DNA of 64,000 nt from Octopus sinensis (taxonomy: Eukaryota). This document shows positions 1-10,335 of the stretch, piece after piece (the first letter of the stretch is position 1; each line of letters opens with the position of its first letter). Where the stretch lies: contig NC_043021.1 in the NCBI RefSeq assembly GCF_006345805.1, positions 25,234,001-25,298,000 of the forward strand, given 5' to 3'. The position numbers and the translations under genes were made by a program. The notes beneath the pieces are model-generated. The model was not told the DNA's origin. It saw only the letters and a program-made list of their open reading frames with translations, and did no database searches.

Positions 1-14
1 GCCCCACTGACTTT

Positions 15-312
15 GTTTCCACATAACTTTCAGAAAAGTCGGGTTTTAAATGAAATTTTCAACAAATACCTCTTTCAGATGGTGTAGATTACGATTATAT
101 TAGAATTTAATGTGAAATATCCAAATACATACATACAAACATAATAACTTATAATATTTACAAAATGCAATTTTGAAACAATTGCGATGTATGTGTGCGT
201 GCCAATCAATTTTTTTCCCCCATTAAATTCCGAAGTAACCGAAATCTACGCCATCTGAAAGATATTTGTTTTCATTTAAAAAATATTCATTTTTTAAAAA
301 ATTTATGGAAAC
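15..312. mobile_element. Possible MITE with long imperfect terminal inverted repeats
   Basis: The segment ~15-90 (TTTCCACATAA...TCTTTCAGATGGTGTAGATT) is an imperfect reverse complement of ~243-312 (AATCTACGCCATCTGAAAGA...TTATGGAAAC). No coding sequence lies between them. Confidence 0.4.
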
Positions 313-744
313 AACTGTTGGTTTACATCGACTAGAATACTCCTGGTGCAACGAACAAAATTTCCTGAAGTCTAACAATGCGACTGTAGCTGTTTAGTAC
401 TTCTTATATAGAATATATTAACGCTAATTTAATTGTATGGGTAATTACTGTTTTTTAAACTAGCAGGAACCAGAAATTTTGTTGTTTTACAAACATTTTA
501 ATTTTTATTGGTGCCTTGTCTTATTGTGTTTTGTGTTTCATCGCAAACAAAAGCAAATGAATTATTAAATCATTTTCATTAATATATATTGGTCACAATG
601 TGATACTGATGAATTTAACCAAACTAATGATCCTTTTATTAATTCTAAAAGAGAGCAATAAAACTTTTTTTTGTACAATTCTAAATTAGGAAATATGAGA
701 AAGACCATCACTTCCTTTCTTGTGGGATTTCATCTTAGAATTAA

Positions 745-748
<4 letters not shown>

Positions 749-806
<58 letters not shown>

Positions 807-850
807 TCTTTTCTCTCCTCTCTTACCCACCTCCTCTCTCTCTCCCTCTT
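749..850. repeat. (CT)n microsatellite and polypyrimidine tract
   Basis: Direct reading. It produces the spurious LSLSLS and RERERE ORFs. Confidence 0.95.
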
Positions 851-879
851 GTGAGTCTGTAAGCTGGCAGCATTGCTCA

Positions 880-1560
880 TGTCTGAGACTGGTGAGGTTG
901 GTGCCATTAATGTTCGCTTGAAACAGGTGCAGTTCAACACCTGCAGAAAAGACACGTGGGGAAATATTGCAAAGGGTTGACAACCAGAGCAGAAAAGGAC
1001 TGGGTTTATAATGTAAATAAGGGACCAGGGACGGTTGAATGCAACAAGGAGGGTCGAGGGAACAAAACTCAGCCAGCTGCAAGGGACCGACTCTTCTTTA
1101 CTCCCAACATTTTACACATGACAACTTCCTGTTGACTGTTGATACTAATCCCAACATCTTGTGCTGTTCCTGAAAGAAATTGTCTGCTTCATGCATTCTT
1201 TATTCCTTGGAACTGTTCGGTCCCTCGACCTAATGCTCATATTCAGAGCAGTTTGGTGCACTTCAAGTCACTTCATGTTGAAAATGTATTTGTCATTCAT
1301 CTCCCACCACCCATCTAAGGAATTTGCACCTGTTCAGCCAAGGGTTGACACTAAACTGGAATGCAAAGCAGCTGCTCAGGCTACAAGAACTCCTACATAA
1401 GTACTCCTACAGAGGCGCACAGGGTTGTTCACAAACTCAGTTTAGAATTTACCTTTGGTTCAATCAGATGTGACAGCAGTCTCGGCTCAGTGAAAGAGAG
1501 GCCTCCAAAGTTGTTGCACTTTGCTTGACAGGCTCACCAGGAACCATTTCAGCCAGCCAG
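880..1560 (-). mobile_element. Highly degenerate RTE-like LINE fragment
   Basis: Minus-strand translation fragments such as GTAQDVGISIN resemble the RTE region after YADD. Many stops and frameshifts. Confidence 0.3.
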
Positions 1561-2314
1561 GGGTGAAGGTGCATGGCTTAGTGGCTAAGGTTTACAGCTC
1601 ATGATCATAAGGTTGTCAGTTTGATTCCCAGTGGCATGTTATGTCGTCAAGCAAGACCCTTTATTCCGTGTTGCTCCTGTCCACTCAGATGGCAAAAATG
1701 AGTTGTAAGCAATGGAGAGCCAGGCCTATCTCAGGAGTTAATAAATCTTCCATGTTGGTGATTTTTTTCTTTGGTTTCATGCCAAAAAGAAAAAACATTT
1801 AAATGTCCTATGCAAGCTTCGAATATCTCGTCACCACTTTTATATCCTGCCACAGGTTGGTATATCAAGAATTATGAAGCAGAGGTTTAATCACAATGTG
1901 TTCATACGATGTACTTCGCAAGACTACCAAAACACCCTCCCTGGACTACTACAGACCACTGCGCTTTATAAGAGTTCGGCTAGTCCATTCTTCCAATCTC
2001 CCAGGGGTGTCAGTGGCTCTCACCACAACACTCTTTTGGCCGCAAGTCCATATTTTGCTCCTTTTGTCTTTGTCCATCATCTTGAATTACATTTTCTTAC
2101 TTTCGTATGTCCACTCTGTGCTGTTTTGTTTGCTTGAGGCCCGATTCTCTGCGTCGTACACAGGCACTGCCAAGATAGGAAGCTCTCAGTCTCATCATTA
2201 AAGGTGCAAAACTGAGTTTTACCATTCTGGTTGATAACTGATGAAGAATTAGGGACCCTCTGTGTCTTATACATTTTTTATCTGTTGTTTATTTACAATG
2301 CATTTTTTCATTTA

Positions 2315-3263
2315 CAGGGTGATTCAAAAGTCTCCATACATAGGAAAAATTTATTTTTTTATAAGAAACAGATTATAAGATCCCCTGATCTGACCCCTCT
2401 TGATTCTATCTTTAGGGGCATACGAAAGGCATGGTGTATCGCAGAAAGATAAAAGACACAAATCATTTGAAGGAACGCATCACCAACTCCTTTGCACACG
2501 CATCACCAGATGTGCTATTACAAGTTCACAATGAGTGGGGTCAACGTATTGCAATGTGTATTCAAAACAAGGGTCACCATATAGAGACCCTTAAATAAAA
2601 AGAAATGCTGGACATAAGAAGCATCAGATGTGGTGTGCAAGAGAGACGTTTGCGGTGGTAGGGTTATATACTGCAGATGGATGAGGAGAGATGTGTGAAG
2701 AAGTGCCACTCCCAAACAGTTGAAGGTATCAGGGGGAGAGGTAGACCCAGGAAGACATGGGATGAGGTAGTCAAGCATGACCTTTGAATGTTGGGCCTCA
2801 CAGAGGCAATGATGAAAGAGCGAGATCTCTGGAGATATGCTGTGACTGCAAAGACCCAGGCTGCTTCCTGCACCAGTTTCGCATAGCCCCAGCCCATTCA
2901 AAGTACCTTGGATTGCAGAACGACCTGCTGTGCTTGAGGAGACCAATTGAGTCAAGTACATGAACATCAAAATAAATATCAAATGGAAATTGTAGTTGTG
3001 ATACCTGTACCAGTGGCACATAAAAAGCACCCACTACACTCTCAGAGTGGTTGGCGTTAGGAAGGGCATCCAGCTGTAGAAATACTGCCAGAGCTGACTG
3101 GAGCCTAGTGCAGCTTCCTGGCTTCCCAGACCCCGGTCGAACCGTCCAACCCGTGCTAGCACGAAAAATGGACGTTAAACGATGATGATGATGATGTTCT
3201 TATAAACTGTTTCTTATAAAAAAATAAATTGCTCCTATGTATGGCGACTTTTGAATCACCCTG
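2315..3263 (+). mobile_element. Non-autonomous Tc1/mariner (IS630-Tc1-mariner) element, internally deleted, interrupted by an RTE 3' fragment
   Basis: Long TIRs (CAGGGTGATTCAAAAGT...) start at 2315 and end at 3263. TA flanks at 2313-14 and 3264-65. The internal transposase C-terminus reads RSPDLTPLD...IAMCIQNKGHHIETLK* across a frameshift. Confidence 0.8.
2601..3196 (+). mobile_element. 5'-truncated RTE LINE 3' end (PHD-RTE family, subfamily B) with (GAT)n tail, nested in the Tc1/mariner element
   Basis: Near-identical to 32200-32790. Encodes MLDIRSIRCGVQERRLRW...GRGRPRKTW and ends GGACGTTAAAC(GAT)n. Confidence 0.9.
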
Positions 3264-4675
3264 TACATATATAGACATATACATATATATGTGTATGTTG
3301 TGTGTGTGTGCGTGTGTGCCTTTGTGTCCATGTTTGTACCCCATCACTGCTTGACAACTGATGTTGGTTTATTTATGTCCCCATAACTTAACAGTTCAGC
3401 AAGAGAGACCAATGGCAGGAGTACCAGGCTTGAAAAAACATAAGTCCTGGGGTCAATTTGTTTGGCTAAAATTCCTCAAGGAGGTGCTCCAGCATGACCA
3501 CAATGTAATGAACGAAACAAGTAAAAAGATGAAAGGACACTAGTACTTTCCCCTATAGGCACAAGGCCAGCAATTGTGAGGGACAAGGAAGTCAATTACA
3601 TTGACCCCCCAGTACCCAACTGGTCCTTATTTTATTGGCCCCAAAAGGATGAACGGTAAAGCCAACCTCATCACAATTTGAACTCAAAACTTAAAGATGA
3701 AATGCTTTGCAGCACTTTCCTGGCAATGGAAGGATTCTGCATGCTCCTCATCTTTTCTAAATGTATAATTAGGGACACAAGGACGTGTGTAAATTAGCTT
3801 GTGTTATAGAGAATAATTAATTATGTAAATTAGCTTGTATCATAGAGGATAAATGATTATGTAAATAAGCATGTTTTAGAGGATAAATGATTATGTCTAA
3901 TTAACTATTCAATTCATTAAATATACTGACAGTAACCTGGCTATTGTGTCACTGCTGGTTTGAGAAGCATTAACATTTATTTCACAAACGGAGCCTGTTT
4001 GCCAAATATACCTGTGGCTGATTGAGAGTTGATAATATAGGCAAATCAGGTAACTAATGAAATATTATGTTACATATCAGCTTTGATGTGTGAAAAGCAG
4101 AGATCTGGGTCATTCGGTCAGAAAAGGTGGGCAAACATTAACCTGATTAAAATACCAGAGTCAATGGTTTTCAAACGGATGGTTAGTCAGCTGGCCTACC
4201 CGAGAATGTTCCAAGTTTTTGGCACTCTCCTTGCATCCGAATCCTTCTTCTTCCATTGCTACAGAATTGGACAAGTTTAAAAAGATGGAAGTCATTTTAA
4301 TGTTTGTTAAATAGCAATTTGTTCTCCTCCTTTCCAATCCTCCTCACTCTGCTGCAGCCTGGTCGTCCGCCTCTTCTCCCGTGAGAAACATGAGAGTGAG
4401 TGAACCTGGGGGCAGCAGAAAGGGGAAAACAAATTTTGAAGATTTTGTAGTTGTTTGAGTTATTTGGATCAAAAGTCAGGATTGAAGCACCTGCGCAGGT
4501 GTCATATAAGAGCACCTGATACACTTTGTGGAGTGGCTGGTAGTAGGAAGGGCATCCAGCCATAAAAACCATGCCAAAATCAGAAAATTGGAACCTAGGC
4601 AGCTGGCCATGCTCCAGTCAAACCGTCCAACCCATGCCAGCATTAAATGATAACCATGCTCATGATAATCATATA

Positions 4676-5088
4676 TACTCTTTTACTCTTTAACTCTTTT
4701 ACTTGTTTCAGTCATTTGACTGCGGCCATGCTGGAGCACCGCCTTTAGTCGAGCAAATCGACCCTGGGACTTATTCTTTGTAAGCCCAGTACTTATTTTA
4801 TCGGTCTCTTTTGCCAAACCGCTAAGTGACGGGTACGTAAACACACCAGCATCAGTTGTCAAGCAATGCTAGGGGAACAAACACAGACACACAAACACAC
4901 ACACATATACATATATATACATATATAAGACGGGCTTCTTTCAGTTTCCGTCTACCAAATCCACTCACAAGGCATTGGTCGGCCCAGGGCTATAGCAGAA
5001 GACACTTGCCCAAGATGCCACGCAGTGGGACTGAACCCGGAACCATGTGGTTGGTAGGCAAGCTACTTACCACACAGCCACTCCTGCG

Positions 5089-5091
<3 letters not shown>
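4676..5091 (-). mobile_element. tRNA-derived CORE-type SINE with an internal (CA)/(TA) microsatellite
   Basis: The minus strand begins AGGCGCAGGAGTGGCTGTGTGG (A-box-like) and has GGTTCAGTCCC (B-box-like) and a CORE-like CTTGGGCAAGTGTCTT. The 3' tail is (AAAGAGT)-like. Related copies lie at ~3265-3540, 19895-20180, 56465-56700, 59315-59640 and 60590-60720. Confidence 0.75.
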
Positions 5092-5122
<31 letters not shown>

Positions 5123-5223
5123 AAAATTGAGGGAGATAAATTAATATTAATTTTAATATCAATTTAAAACCAGTAGTCCAGCATTCAAAAAATCTGAGGA
5201 GTCAGAGAAAATTCAAATATATG

Positions 5224-5511
5224 TGTATATTGGCAGGGCTGGCCTGCTAGGTAGCCGGCCAGAATGCTAGAAGAAGATCATCAACGATCAAACTACAAGG
5301 GAAATTCTCTAGAGGAAGAATTCAGCGAACACCAGAACCAACTTTGGCGGGCAGGACATATGAAAAATTTTTCATATGTCCTGCCCGCCAAAGTTGGTTC
5401 TGGTGTTCGCTGAATTCTTCCTCTAGAGAATTTCCCTTGTAGTTTGATCGTTGATGATCTTCTTCTAGCATTCTGGCCGGCTACCTAGCAGGCCAGCCCT
5501 GCCAATATACA
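5224..5511. repeat. Perfect spacerless palindrome, 288 bp (two 144-bp arms)
   Basis: The centre is GAAAAA|TTTTTC between 5367 and 5368. Position p pairs with 10735-p. I checked both ends, the centre and 5275-5334 against 5401-5460 and found no mismatch. Confidence 0.95.
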
Positions 5512-5842
5512 TATATATATATATATATATATATTGTACAAAAAACAAAAAAAAAACAGAAGGGAGAGAACAACAAACAGGGTATGTGTGTGTGTGTGTG
5601 TGTTTACATATATAAAATGTTAAAATAAAGATGGAGAATTGTAAACCCACAAAGCTTGTTTATCACAGTCTTACATTCAATGTATTCGCTCTAAACTTCT
5701 GTGCCACATGTGTGTGCAACTGATGTGTGTCGGACAGAGTTTTAAAGTGAACACATTGTACAAAAAGACTGCAATAATCAAGCTTTGTGGATGTAGAATT
5801 CACCATTTTTATTTTAACTTTTAACATCTTACAGATTTAATA

Positions 5843-7945
5843 ATATCAGGCCCATCAGGAATTACTGCAGAGATGCTCAAAATATCTGGCAGTGTCGGCT
5901 ATAACTTAGTCACCCGTATAGTCAACCAGGTGATACACGAAGGAGTCATACCCAATGACTGGTGTAGCAGCATACTAGTCAACTGCTACAAAGGTAAAGG
6001 TGATGCCCTAGATACAAATAATTACAGAGGTATCAAGCTGTTGGATCAGGTAATGAAGGTTACGGAGAGGGTCATAGCCCAACTAATTAGAGAGAGAGTT
6101 AGTTTAGATGAGATGCAGTTTGGGTTCGTGCCAGGGAAAAGTACCACTGATGCTATATTCCTGGTAAGGCAGCTGCAGGAGAAATACCTGGCCAAAGATA
6201 AGCCCCTGTACCTGGCTTTCGTTGACATGGAGAAAGCCTTTGATAGGGTCCCCCGATCCCTTATCTGGTGGTCAATGAGGAAACTAGGGATAGATGAATG
6301 GCTGGTGAGGGTTGTGCAAGCCATGTACAGAGATGCCGTAAGAAAGGTTAGGGTTGGCAACATGTACACAGAAGAACTCAAAGTAGAGGTTGGGGTCCAC
6401 CAGGGTTCAGTACTCAGCCCCCTCCTATTTATCATAGTCCTCCAGGCAATTACGGAGGAATTCAAGACAGATTGCCCCTGGGAGCTCCTCTATGCTGACG
6501 ACCTTGCTCTAATTGCTGAGTCACTATCAGAACTGGAGGAGAAGTTCCAGGTGTGGAAGGAGGGTCTAGAATCGAGGGGCCTTAGAGTCAATCTAGCTAA
6601 AACCAAAGTCGTAATAAGTAGGAAGGTAGACAATCCACAAATGTCTTCAGGAAGATGGCCCTGCTCGATCTGTAGAAAAGGTGTAGGTAGAAACTCTATA
6701 AGATGTACCCAGTGTAAGCTATGGACACATAAGAGGTGCAGCAATGTCAAAGGTAGGCTAACTGGGAAGATAGTTTTTGTATGTGGCAGATGCTCAGGAG
6801 CATTAACCTCCGAAAATCTGCAGAAAACAACTTCCGTCACTTTCCAGGGGGAAAAACTAGAAGTAGTTGATAGCTTCCGTTATCTAGGTGATAAAGTCAG
6901 TAGTGGGGGTGGGTGCGCTGAAAGTGTAACTGCTAGAATAAGAATAGCCTGGGCAAAGTTTAGGGAGCTCTTACCTCTGCTGGTGACTAAAGGCCTCTCG
7001 CTCAGAGTAAAAGGCAGACTGTATGATGCATGTGTACGAACAGCCATGCTACATGGCAGTGAAACATGGGCCGTGACTGCTGAGGACATGTGTAAGCTTG
7101 TGAGGAATGAAGCCAGTATGCTCCGATGGATGTGTAATGTCAGTGTACATACTCGACAGAGCGTTAGTACCTTGAGAGAAATGTTGTACCTAAGAAGCAT
7201 CAGTTGTGGTGTGCAAGAGAGATGATTGCGCTGGTATGGTCATGTGGCGAGAATGGATGAAGATAGGTGTGTGAGAAAGTGCCAATCCCTAGCAGTTGAG
7301 GGAACCCGTGGAAGAGGTAGACCCAGGAAAACCTGGGATGAGGTGGTGAAGCACGACCTTCGAACCTTAGGCCTCACTGAGGAAATGACCAGCGACCGAG
7401 ACCTTTGGAAATATTCTGTATGTGAGAAGACCAGGCAGGACAAGTGAGCCCAGCCCACTTATGAATGCCTTCCTCCCTTGGACACAAAGACCTGTTGAGG
7501 CAAGCGAAGTCGATATAGAACCTCATCCGACAACAGGCACCCATGCCAACCCCCTTTGCTTGCGAAGACATGTTGGGGCAAGCGAAATCGAATTGAACCA
7601 GCCAGGATCCCTGGTCTGGTGGTACATAAAAAGCACTATCCGACTCGTGGCCGATGCCAGCGCAGCCTCGACTGGCCTCTGTGCCAGTGGCACGTAAAAT
7701 ACACCAATCCGACCGTGGCCGTTGCCAGCATCGCCTGGCACCTGTGCAGGTGGCACGTAAAAATCACCCACTACACTCACGGAGTGGTTGGCGTTAGGAA
7801 GGGCATCCAGCTGTAGAAACATTGCCAGATAAGAATGGAGCCTGGTGCAGCCTTCTGGCTTCCCAGATCCCCGGTCGAACCGTCCAACCCATGCTAGCAT
7901 GGAGAACGGACGTTAAACGATGATGATGATGATGATGATGATGAT
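5843..7945 (+). mobile_element. 5'-truncated RTE-clade LINE (PHD-RTE family, subfamily A): RT with embedded PHD finger, 3' UTR hairpin array and (GAT)n tail
   Basis: ORF 5873-7225 has RT motifs NYRGIKLL, QFGF, DMEKAFD, GVHQGSVLSP, YADD (6491-6502) and FRYLG (6875-6889). A CGA>TGA stop lies at 7223-7225 and the frame continues to 7447. The tail is GGACGTTAAAC(GAT)n. Confidence 0.95.
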
Positions 7946-8853
7946 ATAAGCTTACTCTCAGAGTGGTTGGCATGAAGAAAGACATCCAGCCATAGAAACC
8001 ATGTCAAATCAGACTGGAGTCTGGTGCAGCCCCTCAGCTTACCAGCCTTGATCAAACCGTTCATCCCATACCAGCATGGACAATGGACAATTAATGATGA
8101 TCATGATGATAAAGTACAATGATATGTTCCTATCTACCTACTTTTTGTGTCATGTAACTCAAATGAGACAGACTGACAGACAGAAAGCCAAACAAAAAAA
8201 GAAGGAAAAATAATAAGGGATGATAATGGAAAGTAGAGGAGGAAGATGATGATGATGATGTTTATTTGTTGTTTTTTAAAACAGTGGTGGCATTGGTGAT
8301 GGTCATTTCTGGCACTCGGATGCATGCATTAAATCATATTTTTAAAAATTTTATTTCAGTTCACGAAAATAAATGAACTGCTTGCCTTTAGTTCCTTACA
8401 ACTTATGAAAAACTACTACTACTACTACCACGACTACAATCACACTATTTAAGTGTGTGAAGCAGAATTATATCCCAAATTTTGAAAAGTTTCAATAAAA
8501 CTCAAATTGTCCATGTAAATGTATTTATTGTATGGTACATTGATTTCCCAAACACAACAAAATATGCTTCAACACACGAACTCACACAAAGAATCTTGAA
8601 AACCAAATCCAAAAACAATATCATCATCATCGTTTAGCATCCGCTTTCCATGCTAGCATGGGTTGGACAGTTCAACTGGGGTCTGGGAAGCCAGAAGGCT
8701 GCACCAGGCCCAGTCTGATCTGGCAATGTTTCTACGACTGGATGCCCTTCCTAATGCCAACATTTAGTGGGTGCGTTTTACGTGCCACCGGCACAGGTGC
8801 TAGACGAGGCTGGCAAACGGCCATGATCAGATGGTGCCTTTTACGTGCCAGCG

Positions 8854-8907
<54 letters not shown>

Positions 8908-9023
8908 GGTTTAAGTAATTGAGATTCAAGTGAGTTCTAATGAATTCACATGAATATGGTCCTTAACTAGGATGCACCGGAAATCTATATGGTGTTAACC
9001 ATACGACAGTGGGGTGATTACAA

Positions 9024-9126
9024 ATAGGAAAAAAGCAACAAGAATGGATCAAAATATCGGTACAATTGTCCTCGTACGAAACAATTGTACCGATATTTTG
9101 ATCCATTCTTGTTGCTTTTTTCCTAT
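9024..9126. mobile_element. Miniature hairpin element (46-bp perfect arms, 11-nt spacer), MITE-like
   Basis: 9024-9069 is the exact reverse complement of 9081-9126. TA dinucleotides lie at 9025-26 and 9124-25. Confidence 0.7.
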
Positions 9127-9297
9127 ATATATATATGTGTATATATATACATATAAATATGAGTATGTACATATACTTTGAGTATATATAGAGAGAGAGG
9201 GGGAGGGAGAGAGAGAGAGAGAAATTGTATCTGATTGACAGCCAATTTCCTCACACACACATACACGACTATTTTATATATGCATATATATATATAC

Positions 9298-9356
<59 letters not shown>

Positions 9357-10115
9357 CGAGGGTAAAGAATGGACGTAATCAGAGATGGCAATCCAATTAG
9401 TGTAAGCCGATGCAAGAAATCAGCAACTCCAAAGTATTGGTCAAATAGACGTGGAAGAGCGATGGGATGCATCTTGTAGGGTGTAGCTGGTAGTCTATGC
9501 ATATTGTTCCTTTCTACCAGCTTCTTGCATTCAGCTCACTGCTGGTAGCGAGCCCGTGTAATGAAACAGAAGGCAGCCTACTGTATAAGTAGATAGCCTA
9601 TCCCTCAGCAAAAACCTGCCATCTGTCCCTGTAGTCACAGACAGTAAATGGTCAGCTTGTGACCGCATGGTAGTTCAGCAGAGAATCTTTTAGCATCATC
9701 AAACCCTACAAATACAGCCTGAGTTCTGTCATATTGGGTGGATATTCACTGGCTCTTATTAGCCACTGTCCAGCTGCCTTGTGGGTGAGGCCAGGAATTC
9801 AAAAGCTACACAGGAGCAAACCTCAGACAAAAACAAACAGCAGCAGTTAGAACTAAGGTGGTTACCGACCGACCGACTGGATTTTGGCAGCCCAGCACAA
9901 CTTGAGTAGCCATCCACCCACCCGCCATTCCACTGAATATATCCTCTTTTAGATAATCTCCTACCATTCAGTCTAAAAAGGCAGCGACTCGCTCTTCAAA
10001 GGGAGGTTCAATTCACCCATCAGACTCAAGAAAGGCGACGATGTATTGGAAAGGCTAAAACGAATCCAAATGCAAGCAACTCGAGGTGTACAATGTCTGT
10101 GATGCAATAAATACC

Positions 10116-10335
10116 TATTTCTTTATTACCCACAAGGGGCTAAACACAGAGGGGACAAACAAGGACAGACATAGGTATTAAGACGATTACATCGACCCCA
10201 GTGCGTAACTGGTACTTAATTTATCGACCCCGAAAGGATGAAAGGCAAAGTCGACTTCAGCGGAATTTGAACTCAGAACGTAACGGCAGAGGAAATACCG
10301 CTAAGCATTTCGTCCGGCGCGCCAACGTTTCTGCC
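10116..10335 (-). mobile_element. tRNA-derived SINE (family with GCCTTTCATCCTTTCGGGGTCGATAAATTAAGTACCAG central domain), flanked by a 14-bp TSD
   Basis: B-box-like GAGTTCAAATTCC on the minus strand and an AATAAAGAAATA tail. TSD ATGCAATAAATACC at 10102-10115 and 10336-10349. Confidence 0.9.

Noticed and set aside
6046-7458. Antisense ORFs opposite the RTE RT, also at 16985-17992, 31509-32625 and 40906-41583
   Set aside because: They are shadow frames of LINE coding sequence.
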